NCBI GenBank assembly: GCA_009103225.1
Contig: RHPI01002990.1
Location: forward strand, 374,223 to 438,222
Source of the DNA: Chlorokybus atmophyticus
Lineage: Eukaryota; Plantae; Mesostigma and Chlorokybus algae
DNA length: 64,000 nt
Reading direction: 5' to 3'
This document shows positions 37,944-49,391 of this stretch, piece by piece (position 1 is the first letter of the stretch; every line of letters begins with the position of its first letter). The notes beneath the pieces were generated by a model that saw only the letters and a program-made list of their open reading frames with translations, had not been told where the DNA came from and did no database searches. A program made the translations under genes and the position numbers.

Positions 37944-38180
37944 TGTGCTTGAGAGCAGCACACAACCTTGCAGCTTGGTAGCAGCTAGAAACAGCTTCCA
38001 GCACCGCAACCTAGCAAGTAGGCCCGGAAACGCCAAGACGCAAAACAGTCAACCACCGATTTCACTCCCGCCACCACCTTCACTACCGCCACCTCCGCCG
38101 CCGCCACCGCCGCCGCCGAAGCACTGCGGACAGCTGTGCTTCTTCGGAGTCTTACTGCGCAGAAGTCAGCTGCGCACAAG

Positions 38181-38208
38181 TTAGGGTAGGGTTAGGGTTA
38201 GGGTTAGG
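38181..38208 (+). repeat. Interstitial telomere-type repeat TTAGGG x~5
   Basis: TTAGGG TAGGG TTAGGG TTAGGG TTAGG, between two divergent ATGs (37943 and 38343). Confidence 0.85.
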
Positions 38209-38342
38209 ATTCCTGAGTAATAAATTGCCACAGCAGCATACATAGGACATACAACTGGCTATTCCTGTGTGTGGCGGCGGCGTGCTTGGTGGCCTCGGTT
38301 TGTGAAGCGTTGAGCTGTTGCAGCGTATTGAGCATAGCAAGC

Positions 38343-41300
38343 ATGAAGGGCAAGGCAGAGGCTAGTGCATACTGGCAGTCTGGTGCAGAGCAGCCTTGGC
38401 GCTGCAAATATTGTCAAGTCTTGTTGCAGAGGTCCGTTGTCAGCAAGGTCAAGCAGCACATTGGCTCCCTCACCTGCACCAAGATTCGTGTGGGCCCTGA
38501 ACAGTTTGAGAAACTGCCAGGAGCAACGCCCAAGGAGAAGCTCCCTCACGGCTCCGAGTTGCAGCAGCTCACCGACCAAGTTGTGCAGCAGATAAAGGTG
38601 AGCTTGCTTGGTTCATGCTTACATAGCTGCATTTTTGCAAGTTTTATTGTCTGTGTTCAAGCTGCTATCTGTATGTATGCTGCTGCTGTAGGTATGCTGC
38701 TGCTAGCTGTATGTATCTCTGTCTGTGTATGCATCTCTGTCTGTTTATGTATCTTTAAAGCTGAAGTAACTACCCATACAGGACGGTGAGCACTTGGCAA
38801 AACCGGAAGATTGGGGACCTAGCGGCCCCCCCGAAGGTTGGAAGCTGGAGAAGACTTCAACCGGGCACAAATGGGTGTACACGCATCCTCCCAATCCAGC
38901 TGCATCAGAGCAGAAGGACAAGGGGAAGGAGGAGGAGCAGGAGGAGGAGCAGGAGGTGTCGGATGAGGAGGAATCAGAGGAGGAGGAACCACCAGCAGCT
39001 GAGACCCCAGCAAAAAAGCCAAGACAAGAATCATCCTCCAAGAAGAACGGCCAGCCTTCAGTTCCACAAACGCCAGCAAAGTCTACCAAAGCAACGCGGT
39101 CTGGAAGTGTAAGCAAGCATCTACATGCAGCCAAGCTTGTGGATGTAGGGTCTGACGGATGCACATTGACTGACTGAATGCATCTGCCCTGCAGGCGCAT
39201 GTCAAGCCCACAGAACTGGCACACCCTACCTGGGTCATGGTGCTGGCCACCGAGGAGCTTGTGGACAACTTGAACGAGGTAAGTCCACAACCCGGTCTTG
39301 ATTGCTTCAGTTTGCGCTTCATTGGTGCATTTACGAATGGCACAGGCTGTCAAGAAGATGTCTTTAGTGTCTAAACGCGTGGAGAGAATGCTAGACCTTG
39401 CAGCTGAGGAAAAACAGAGCTTGCAACAATTGCGGAACACCATCCAAACGGAGAGATCACAGTCGCTGACTGTTCTTGACAACATGAATTCTTGTCGTGA
39501 AATCTTGAAGACTGAAAGAAAACAGCTAGACTTGGACAAGGTCTTTGGTGTGTTTACTCTTTGTGCATTCTGCAGGGGATACACTGACTGGTACACTCAC
39601 CTTGAGTTGTATGTGCTTGCAGGCAGCAGCCAAGGCTCTTCTGAAAGAAGCTGCCAGGGAGCACAAGGAGCTGCGCACTGCACGCGAAAAGCTGGAGAAA
39701 GAGCGCAAGGTGCTGGAGGACAGATTACGCAAAGAGGCAAACACTCCCTCAGCTCTGCTGCGCGAGACCCATAACACCGTAAAGATCAACGAGCAGCACC
39801 TCTTGGAGATCAGGCGTATGCTGGCGGGTGGTCTTCAACAAGCTTCAACAAGTAGCTTCCATTCTCTGCCGGGACCCGAGGCGATGGAGGTGGAGGCGAG
39901 GAGCCAGCAGGAGCTGGAGGAGGAGAGGAGGAGGCAGGAGGAGGAGGCAGAAAGGAAGAGGCAGGAGGAGGAGGAGGAGGAGAGGAAGAAGAAGGAGGAG
40001 GAGGAGAGGAAGAAGAAGGAGGAGGAGGAGAGGAAGAGGAAGGAGGAGGAGGAGAGGAAGAGACAGGAGGCGGTCGCACGGCTACAACAGGAGGCTGCGC
40101 GCTTAGGGTTCGTCTTGAAGACGCCGGTGGATGAAGAGGAAGAAAAGGAGCAGCAGGCGGAGGAGCGGAAGAGGAGGCTGGAGGAGGAGACGAGAAAGAG
40201 GAGGGAGCAGGAGGAGAAAAAAAGGAGGGAGGAGGCGCTGTTACGGCTACAGCAGGAGGCTGCGCTATTAGGGGTGACCGTGGCCCCACAGCCTTCAGAT
40301 TCTGCTGCGGGGACCTCACAGCCTTCACCTTCCGCTACTTTAACTGCGTCGGAAGAACAAGAGCAGGAAGAACAATCTTCCAGTGACGAGGACGAGGAGA
40401 AAGAACCCGCTCCGGCTGCCACGACAGCTCCCGCTCCCGCTGCCACGACAGCTCCCGCTCCCGCTGCCACGACAGCTCCTGCTCGTAAGTTTTTATCAGT
40501 GAATGTGTGAGACTGCAGGAGAGACTGTAGGAGAGACTGTAGGAGAGACTGAGCTTGTTTATGTGTGTTAGCAAGAGAAAGAACTCGAATGCCAAGAACA
40601 CATGGAGGGTAGGTCCGGTAAGATTAGCTCAAAAGATGGAGATTACCTGCTTGTGAGCTTGTGAAAGGTGATCGGTTGCTGTGGTTGCAGAAGCCGGCGA
40701 GGATGAGGAGCAGGAGGAGGAGGAGGTGCTGGGGGTTCCCCCGGGAAACGCATTCCTCGCGCTAGAGGAGTATCTGGCGCAGCAGCAGCTGCAGCAGCAG
40801 CAGCAGATAGTGCCAGCACCCCCACAAAACCCAGTTCAAGACATTGACCTCATGAGGCAAATGTCAGATCTGCAACAGAGGTACCAGGAGCGTGTCAGGC
40901 AGATCAGGACGTTGCAGGCCTGGCGGAGCAACATGTCGGAGTTAGTCAGGGAACAGGTAGAGGAGCGTGACAGGCAGATCAGGAGGTACAGGGCACAGCT
41001 TCAAGAGCGAGAGAGAGAGATCACAGCTTACCGCGCACAGCTCAATAGGTTGCAAGTGTCTCCAACCTACGTTGTGCCTCAAGCATTGGAAGCAGTTCCA
41101 ATGCCTTCTTCACCTCTCATTGCTATTCCCGCTCTGCTGCCTGGAGGTAGAGGAGCCATGTCTTTGCCTGCGATTCCCGAGGATACTACACCTCCAGCTG
41201 CTCGTCCTGCTCTGCTGCCTTCAGCTCCACGTGGACATGGGCACAGAGGTAGAGGTAGGGGCTTCTCGCTGGTCATGCATGGATCTTCAGCAGAGTCCAC

Positions 41301-41367
41301 TGGCGGACAAGAAGCTGAACCTCCAACGAGACGACGAGGTGGTCCTCCACGCTGCAACACGCACTAG
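38343..41367 (+). CDS. CACTA accessory (TnpA-like) protein: N-terminal Zn finger, WW/MBD-like motif, long E/K/R coiled coil; exons 38343-38597, 38782-39108, 39195-39278, 39346-39540, 39623-40484, then ~40570-41367 (uncertain)
   Basis: W..CKYC...K.K.H....C (BED-like) in exon 1; PPEGWKLEKTSTGHKWVYTHP in exon 2; in-phase splice junctions for exons 1-5 (donor at 39541 is weak). Function inferred from position only. Confidence 0.65.
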
Positions 41368-41490
41368 TTTGGTGATAGTTATGTGTAGATTGCGTGGCTT
41401 AGGAGCGACTTACAGTGATGCTGCTGTACATATATACAAGCCCTTTTCTGCTTGATACCAGACTGCATGCCAAGGCACAGCTCACCTTAA

Positions 41491-44400
41491 TCACGCGTAC
41501 ACATGGTAGTTGCGAAACTTGCTGATGTGAGGGTAGGACCGGCCCTGCTCGCGCCAAGTATCATGATCAAGCTTGACCCAGTGCATGAGCTTGCACAAGG
41601 TAAGCCTCCCAACAACTTCGCCAGTGTGGTTGTCGTTCACCCTCCAGACACCGGGCGCGATGCGTGTAAGGTAATCGACCTCAACCTGCTTGTCCTCCTC
41701 TAATATGTTCCTAACCACAGCATACCAAGGTCCGGGATCATCCTCGTCGCAGGCGTCTTCTTGTGAGTCTTCATCCACGGCAGGTGCCTTGCGCGTGTTT
41801 GCTCTCTTACTGCGACGTGGCTGCTGGGTTGCGCGTGCATTGCTGTCGTTGAGTTGCTCCTGCAACTCCATGCAGAACTCGTTTGCAGGTTCTGTGGGCA
41901 ACTTCAAGTCCCAAACGGACTTGGCTTGATCGCGTATTTGCACCACCTCGCCGACTTTAGGCCAGATGGGGACATCAACATCGCCGGCCTTGACATGCAG
42001 GTCAGGGTTCTGCAGATCATATGCTAGTTGCGGAGCTCTGTCAGCCTTGGAACCAGCTTTGGTCTGCCGACTAGGCAGCAGCATGAACTTTCTCAGGAGT
42101 CTGTCAGCTGGAATACATACTTCGTCGGAGCTCAAAGCCTTCACCAGGGCCGACCTTGTGTCAAGGTCACGGTACAAGGCACCAGCTGTGTCTGTGTACA
42201 TGACGTATTGGCGACCAGCAATGAAGACTTGAGGCTTCTTCTTGTAGATATGCACAAATACTTGCTTCACAGCAATGTAACTGTGGTCGTCTGTTACAAC
42301 GTTATCAATGCCTAGGGGCGACTCTGTTCTGCACAGTAGAACACAAAGCTTGGTAGCAGTCAGACAGCAAGCACAACAGCACGTGTGAGGACAACAATAG
42401 CAAGCAATCTAACCTGTGAATCTCCCCATTAAGCAGCACAGCCTTGTAGTGGTAAGCCGTATTCTGCACGAGATGCCTAGCATCTGCTCTGATGTGCCTG
42501 CTGACCATCTCAAACCGCTCTGAGCTTAGTGGTGTGGGTTGACCTGGCAGCTGGCCAATAAGTATGCCTCGAGCAAGAATGTCTTGTGACTCAGACCGGT
42601 GTGGACACGTCTCAGCCTTCTTCCAGAGTTCCAAAGCCTTGCTTTGACTGGGTGCTTCGTACCAGAAACCTCCAACACCGCTGGACACGCGATGGGACCG
42701 CAACTGCAGCTGAACGCGTGTTGCAAAGACCATGCCCGTGCGCTGGTCTTCGCGCAAGACAGTAAGCAGCCGCTCGTACCACAAGCGTACGTGTCGATGT
42801 ATGTAGCTGAACTCATACTCTTTGTTGTTGGTGCTGGTCTCCAAGTGATCTGAGACAGCGCGCTCGAAGACGTAGCACCAGTACACATCATGGCTGCCGT
42901 GGCGGAAGATATCGTCCAGCAGATGACCTGCTCCAGCAGCATGCTCTAGAGGTCTCAAGTTGTGGCCAAAGCATTCTTCTGAGTTGATACGCCAGTAACG
43001 CAGTAAGCTGTCTGCCAGTCTGAGGGTGTCTTCGGTCCAGCCATTGAAGCGGGAGTGGCGATAGAACAGGCAGATGAGCTTGTGTAAGGACATGAAGACG
43101 TCGCGCATGTGCGAAGTCAGCAAGCCCGTTGTCACGTAAGGTGCAAAGTCCTGTATAAACTTCTGGTAGTCTTCTGCCTTCCACCAGCCGAGCCTGTCTG
43201 TAATCCCCTTTGGAGAGCGCCCGGATCGCATTTCCTTGATCAAGGCTGCAGTGAAGTCCTTAAGCCTGGCCTCCACCAAGGGAACATCCACCACCCTTTC
43301 GTGCGCTCCCTTTGCAAAAACTGCATGGCAGAGGCCCTTCACTAGACCTTCACACAAGGTGTGCATGACGTCGTACACCACGTCCTTGAGTGGGCTGAAG
43401 CCATAGGCATGGTAGAGGCGCCACAGTTGGCTCCTGCCTGTGACACCTGTCTCCATGCTGACTTGTGTTCCAATAGCAGGGGTAGCAGCAGTCTCCAGCT
43501 TATCAATGTTGGTCAGAGTCTCCTGTTCTTCTCTCTCGGGCCATGGATGTCTTGAGTGCATGAAGTTCTGATCGTAGCGGTAGACCTTCTTCTGGTAGGT
43601 GTTGAGCTCCACTGCTTGGGAGTTGCTAGGACCAGCTGGACCATTGCTGGTTGATGCAGCAGCACGCTTCTTGCTGGCAGGTTGCTTCTTCTTCTTCTTC
43701 TTCTTCTCAGCCGCCTGCTTCTTATTCCTGCTAGCAGACTTTGCCTGGCTGCTGGACTTGGAAACAGCCTTCTTGCAAGCAGACACCTGCTCGTCGTCGG
43801 ACTCTGGAGCAGCCTTGCGCTGTACAGGCCTTTGGGCTTCTTTCATGTAGGGCTGGGCCTTACACCAGCATCTGCGGCAGCCCAAGATGCCACCATCTTT
43901 CATCTTCAGTATCTGACACTGGGCTGGGTGATCACCAGCCCAGATGAGCAGCATCGCACGCAAGCGCGTGGTAGCACCGGCTGCTTGAGAGTGCAGGTCA
44001 GGGCAAACTTCAGAGGTGGGGAGGGCATAATTGCAGGTGAAGCCCTCAAGCAGCAGTGATTCGAGCTCGTCTATAAGTGGCTTCAGAAAGGGGTCCATGT
44101 TGTCAACCCCCTTGGGAAGCTGATCTTTGGGCACAAAACCCACAGGAAGAAGCGAAGACGTCTGCGCGCTCAACAACTTGCCTCCGTTCATGATGGCCAC
44201 GTTAATCATCAGCGTGTTGCGGGGGCTGGTGCTGGCTGTGGTGAAGCCGTCCCAGTGGCCAATGAAGATGAGGTTCCTCGGGTCACCGCAGGCCATATGC
44301 TTGAAAGGACAGGTGACCTGCTCGCAGGTGCGACACCGAAACCTCCACTGCGGCCCATCATCACTGTCGCCTTCAGTGAAGTGGTGGCCTGGTCTGTGAA

Positions 44401-45739
44401 CTGTCTGGCAGTGCTCGCATCTGACTGGCAGCCAGTAGGTCTTCTTGGGGTTGAAGAAGTCGGAGATCTCCCTCATACGAGCTCCATCCCAGACTTCATG
44501 TTGACTGGCAGGAGGTACTGCTGGATCTTTGTCAAGCCACCGCTCCCGGTGCAGCCAGGCCTGGAGCCATTGATGACAGATGGTTGGCACGCCCAACATA
44601 AGCTGCAACCTTGACCTGAGAGGGAGGTAGTAGAAACTCGTGCCTTCCTTGCGTTTCTGACTGCAGTCTGGGCACTGTTCTTTTGCCATGGCCTTGCGCT
44701 CCTTCTCGCGCTGCCGGTAGCTGGAGCGCACCGAGTCTTCGTCTTGCACAACGAGCTCAGCATTTGGATAGGGCTTGTCGAACAGGTGGCCGCAGGCACA
44801 GACAGAATAATGCAGTGTTGAAGGCATCCCCATGCGCTCAAACATGCCAATCAGGCTCTTGCAAGTAGTTGGCAGCTTGAAGCCTTCGCTCTTCTCATCG
44901 AACAATCCCTTCTTAGCCAAAGCCATCAGGGAGCTTTCGCCTTTAAAGAGGACAGGGAGCAGTTTGTTGAAGCAGTCCTGCGAGACTCCAGCTTCGTCTA
45001 GGATGGATGAGATCTCGATTATCTTGTCCAGGTAAGTTGTAGACGTCTGCTGCAGATCAGGCAACTTGTCTGCATCAAAGCTGTCCAAAGTGGGTTGCAC
45101 AGTGGGAATGCTCCTCAGCCGTCTGGCCGCCTCGTCTTTGGCTAAGTGCGCATCGATGACCAAGCGCGGCTGCATTATCTGCGACACAGTAAGGGTTCAA
45201 GCAACGTGCATGCATGGTCACTTGTTCATCAGCGCAGGCCAAGCGAAGCAACTTACCAAGCCTTTGCACTTGGAGCAGAGGCAAAGGTCGCGACTGAAGG
45301 TTGGAGGCTGCTCAGGCTCAGGCTCTTGGTTGCCAGAATGATCGGATTGCTCGGCGGCTCCAAAGTCCGGCGTCTCTTGAGAAGATTGTTCTGCTGTCTG
45401 CTGGTTGGACAGGTGTGGTTGATCTTCAGGCGCAGGCTCGGGCTCCAAGGCAGACGCAGGTGCAGGTTCGGGCTCCAAGGCAGACGCAGGTGCAGGCTCA
45501 AGCTCCAAGGCAGACGCAGGTGCAGGCAGCTGCAAATCACCTCCTCCTCCAGTGAGGTGCGGGCTGATGTTTGTTGGACGCGCTTGCTGGGCGGCCCTCA
45601 TCTCTTTAAGCAGTGACCGTTTAGCACGTACACTGGCTTTGCGTGGCTTCCCACCAGCATGCTTGATTAGTGCAAGCGTTTCATCAAACTGCTCACGCTC
45701 GCGCAGAACAGCAGACTGTTGAACAATGCGTCCTGCCAT
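41491..45739 (-). CDS. CACTA/EnSpm Tnp2-family DDE transposase; complement(join(41491..42328,42414..45178,45257..45739)), ~1361 aa
   Basis: CLCSKC N-terminal motif; CACG..CPDC; EVWDG; GHWDGF (D1); LKPLIDEL; WAGDHPA..CRRC (D2); YDVMH; WKAEDY; WCYVFER (E). Two short GT-AG introns (78 and 85 bp) give an uninterrupted frame. Confidence 0.92.
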
Positions 45740-46419
45740 GGCTGCAGATGATAGCGTGTAAGTCGGACTTGAATACTGCTAACAGTGACAGCAAATGACG
45801 GACAACTTGGGGGCTAATAATTGGCAGCAGCGGTCACTGATATCTTGGATTTAGCAAACGAAAACGGAGCAACTACAAGCATTCACCTTGAACAAGTGAG
45901 ATTGAATGCAAGACGCCCAGCAGCAAGCTAACAGACTGTAAGGGAGACACTCTCGACCAAGCCTCACTGACAGAGCAAACCAAGCACCAATAACAAGCTA
46001 GCATAAGCCTTACCAGCAAGAGCTCGTGAGCAGAAATAACTCCTTCTTCCCTTTGTCAGCAGCTCCGCTCCGCAGCAGCAGCAATTTTGCTCCGCAGGAG
46101 CAGCACTTCCGCTTTGCAGCAGCAATAGCTCAACTCCGCAGCAGCAGCTCAGTTCACCGTCCTCGAGAACCCAAGAATCCAGACAGCTTCATCCAACCTG
46201 CCGCAGCTCAGCTCCAGCTCCAGCTGATGTGCAATTTTTGCCAGATCTGCTTCTTGGTAGAAGCAGCTTCTTCTCATAAGCAGCTCAGCAGCAGCAGCAG
46301 CAGTAGCTCACGCCACTGGCTTCTCCAAGTAAACCAGCAGCAGCAGCTCGCGCCGCCGCCTCCTTCTCTTCCTCCAAGCATGCAGCTCAGCATCCGCTCC
46401 GACCCAGCTCAGCTCAGCT

Positions 46420-46860
46420 CCAAGGCTGCTGGTCGGTACGAGGGTGTTGTGCCGTTCTCGGCACAAGCCATTGATGTAATCCGCTGCCGGTCACAGCGCA
46501 GGAGGAGAGAAGGCTGCTGCTTTGCTACAGTACAAGTCTACTGTGCCGCTCTCGGCATAAGTTTTCTGCACCGGTAGCGGCACAATGATTGACGAACCGT
46601 TAACGGATCGCTAGTCTCGTGCCGTGATCGGGATGTGGAACCTTGTACCGATCACGGCACCAGCTCTGTTGTGCCGACTTCAGCTTGGACTGTCTTGTGC
46701 CGTCAATGGCACAAGGGAGCAAAGGCGCCGACGCCGGCACAAGACTGCAGTCTGCGTACCGACCGCGGACGGCTTTTTTTGCCAGGAAGTCCCGACGGCA
46801 CAGCCTGGTTGTGCCGTCTGCGCCGAAGAAGTTGACTGCTTGTGCCGTGAACGGCACGCA
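46420..46860. repeat. Right subterminal repeats (TGTGCCG/CGGCACA)
   Basis: More than 12 copies in both orientations leading up to the right TIR. Confidence 0.8.
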
Positions 46861-46879
46861 CTGCAGGCGCCATGTGCAT

Positions 46880-47970
46880 GTTGCTATATGAAAATCTCCT
46901 GCATGATGTAGGTGATTTTCTTAGGATGCAACACCAACTGCCCTTTGGTGATGCAGATAAGCTCGATCGGGTTCAAGCTTTCAAAAGTAACTAGTTCAAT
47001 CCGAGCTCATGTACGAGGCAAAGAGAGGTCACATTTACGAGGCTGAGGGTGACATCTGCGCTCAAGCGCTTTCCCACCGTATCAGGTACAAGCAGTCGGT
47101 TGCAAAGCAAACGCGCCCAAGAGTGGCACAGACTGCCTCATCCACTCGGTCTTTGAACTTGAGCTTGAACTTCAACACCGAAACAACAAAGCCATGAGGA
47201 TATGCAGGAATATGCAGGGATTACGGTAATCAATTAATCATCAATTGATTACCGCAAGCTATTGGTTAGAGTATAACCAAGGTGGCCATATCGAGGTGGA
47301 GGATGCCATACACAACCCTCGCATGCGTTCCGTCACAATAAGAGATGTGATGTTTCCGCACTTAAACACCAACAGCATGCCGAGCTGTTGGCTATGCCTC
47401 CGAAAAACCTGTGTTAGGGTGTGGGTTCTAAATCCCCCCCTTTTTGCAGCAAGGTACATTAAAGCGCATGCTCATTGCAGCAGAGCATGCTGGCATTACT
47501 ATGCGGTACATGATGATCAATAAACGGTATGTGCTATTATGAACATCTACCACTTAAGAATGAGTATATATAACGGTTGCAAGCCTCGACTTAACGGCTT
47601 TAACGTGTTGACAACGACATTAAACTTAAGTGGAGCTTGACTAACATCAGCTACGCCGTACACGTGTACGGCGTAGCTGATGTTGGTCAAGCTCCACTTG
47701 AATACGTACGTAAGTGCAGCTTCATTCTTGCGATCAAAACTTTGATATGTACACGAGTTGACGTAAGGCACATTCATTATTGTCTTGCAATTGGTCACAG
47801 AGCCCAAAATTTGTACACGGCATAGCTGATGTTGGTCAAGCTTCATTTGAGCATGTACTCAGGTAAAGCTTCATTCTTGCGATCGTAACTTCAATATGTA
47901 CACGAATTGACATAAGGCGCGTGCATTTTTGTTTTGCAATTGGTCGCAAACCCCGAAATCTAACAAGTTT
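46880..47970. repeat. Decayed host-repeat modules homologous to 28200-28440 and 29380-30060
   Basis: Shared gaggtggaggatgccatac..cctcgcatgcg block and ~149-bp units containing ggcgtagctgatgttggtc. Confidence 0.7.
47628..47699. repeat. 72-bp near-perfect palindrome (1 mismatch), homolog of 29811-29884
   Basis: aagtggagcttgactaacatcagctacgccgtacac|gtgtacggcgtagctgatgttggtcaagctccactt. Confidence 0.9.
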
Positions 47971-47989
47971 TTTGCTTAATTTGTTTGTT

Positions 47990-48760
47990 TGTTTATACAA
48001 ATGTCACAGTGTGTGTGCGTGCGCCTACATGTGTGCGTGCTTGCATGCCTGAGTGCATCTGCACGCTCATGCGTGCTTGTGTGCGTGTGCGTGCGTTGTG
48101 GTGCTCTGCGCGTGTGCCTATGTATGCGCGTGTTTGCACGCTGGATCTGCGCACGTGCGTATGCGTGCACACGCGTTGGCACACGCACGAGCATGCCTGC
48201 AGGTTGTGCGTGCATGCGAGCGTGTACGGCATAGTGTGCAACCCGTACAATTCCCTTGCGCACCTGTGCTCGGCAGCGCGCATGCGCGCTGTGCATGTGC
48301 CTGCCAATGCGTGTGCCAATGCGCGTGCCGTGGGGCATGTGCATTGGCCTGCGAGCGTGGCGTGAACGGCGTAGTGCGCGAACGGCGTAGTGCGCGAGCA
48401 TCACTACAAATATCTTGATGCACACGCATACCTGAGCATGTGCAGATGCGTGATGTGTATGTGTACATGTACATGTGCACATGCGCATTGCATGCGCGCG
48501 TGTGCACTGCATATTGCGCGATTACGCGTGTGCACTGGCGTGCGCGCATGTATGAGCGCATGTGCGTGTGTAGACGCTGAGTATGTATGCGTGCAAGCGC
48601 GCGTGCGCGAACGCCATAACATGAACACACCTTATGATGTGAATGCGCGTGCGCAGGTGCATGGTAGTGTGCGATCATTTGAATGATGTTATCTGCACGA
48701 TGTGTATGCAACTCGCATACCTCGCACATGCGATGCTATGCAATATTTGCATTATACAAA
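47990..48760. repeat. Alternating purine-pyrimidine (GT/GC/AT) low-complexity tract
   Basis: Near-continuous gtgtgcgtgcgc/gcatgcgc sequence; all six frames give C/V/A/R/H-rich spurious ORFs. Confidence 0.85.
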
Positions 48761-48931
48761 TTGACAAACTAATGTCATGCATGTGCACTAAATGCGTTGC
48801 GATACGAACCTGCTCACGAGGTCACGGTGAGTATCAGCTGCTCTATATGTAATATGTGCATCTTATAAACGAAACAAACCGACACGCATGCGCACAAGTT
48901 GCGCAATTGCCATTGAAGAAGTCATTGTAGG

Positions 48932-49391
48932 TGTAACGGGAAGGCACATAAAAATACCACAAATCGACCATAAAAGCACCAAGTCTTTTGTGGTCGAGTG
49001 GGCTGTGACATTGGTCATCGGGCTTGAGACTCGGGTTCGATTCCTGCCTTGCACCCGAATCCCGCGGTCGTTGTTTCTCGATCCAATAACATCGTAAATG
49101 GTCGCTTTAAGAGTGCCATCATCGATGGGTCGCGACTTGCCTAATGGCAGTCGCGCCGAACTGACCAGTTCAGTCGGCGCGGCAGTGCGCGACCTGCCTA
49201 TCGCGGCGGCGCGACCTGTGGGGCCGGCAGCGGCGCGATATGCGCGCGTTGACCGGTATGGGCCTAAATTGGCCGGTCCTTGGGTGGTGGGGCCGGTGAC
49301 CGACCCTAACAAACCCCTTGGGTAATTCCCCAGCTGACCGGGCAGCTGCCGAGGACGTCAGCGTTCTTAAGTGGGGGGAATGGCTGTGACA
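48932..49391 (+). mobile_element. TRIM 2 (460 bp; 79-bp 5' LTR 48932-49010; 3' LTR reduced to 49381-49391)
   Basis: TSD GTAGG (48927-48931 and 49392-49396); PBS-like TTGGTCATCGGGCTTGAGAC matching TRIM 1; PPT AAGTGGGGGGAA; the LTR shares length and CTTTTGTGG.C.AGTGG..TGT.ACA with TRIM 1. Confidence 0.85.

Larger units (their letters stand above)
34696..46876. mobile_element. CACTA/EnSpm (CMC) DNA transposon, 12,181 bp, apparently intact
   Basis: TIRs CACACGGCGCCTGCAG (34696-34711) and CTGCAGGCGCCATGTG (46861-46876), 15/16 match; 3-bp TSD CAT (34693-34695 and 46877-46879); subterminal CGGCACA/TGTGCCG repeats at both ends; Tnp2-type transposase inside. Confidence 0.9.

Noticed and set aside
38181-38208. 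True chromosome end or telomere fusion
   Set aside because: Only ~5 imperfect repeats in one orientation, embedded inside an intact transposon.
39810-40470. Minus-strand Ser/Pro-rich ORFs of 172 and 211 aa
   Set aside because: Antisense shadows of the Glu/Lys/Arg-rich exon on the plus strand.
47976-48852. Long ORFs (up to 203 aa) in several frames
   Set aside because: Artefact of stop-poor alternating RY sequence.
48985-49056. Second tRNA gene
   Set aside because: Has A and B boxes but no acceptor-stem pairing or anticodon arm; the sequence spans the LTR/PBS junction of TRIM 2.
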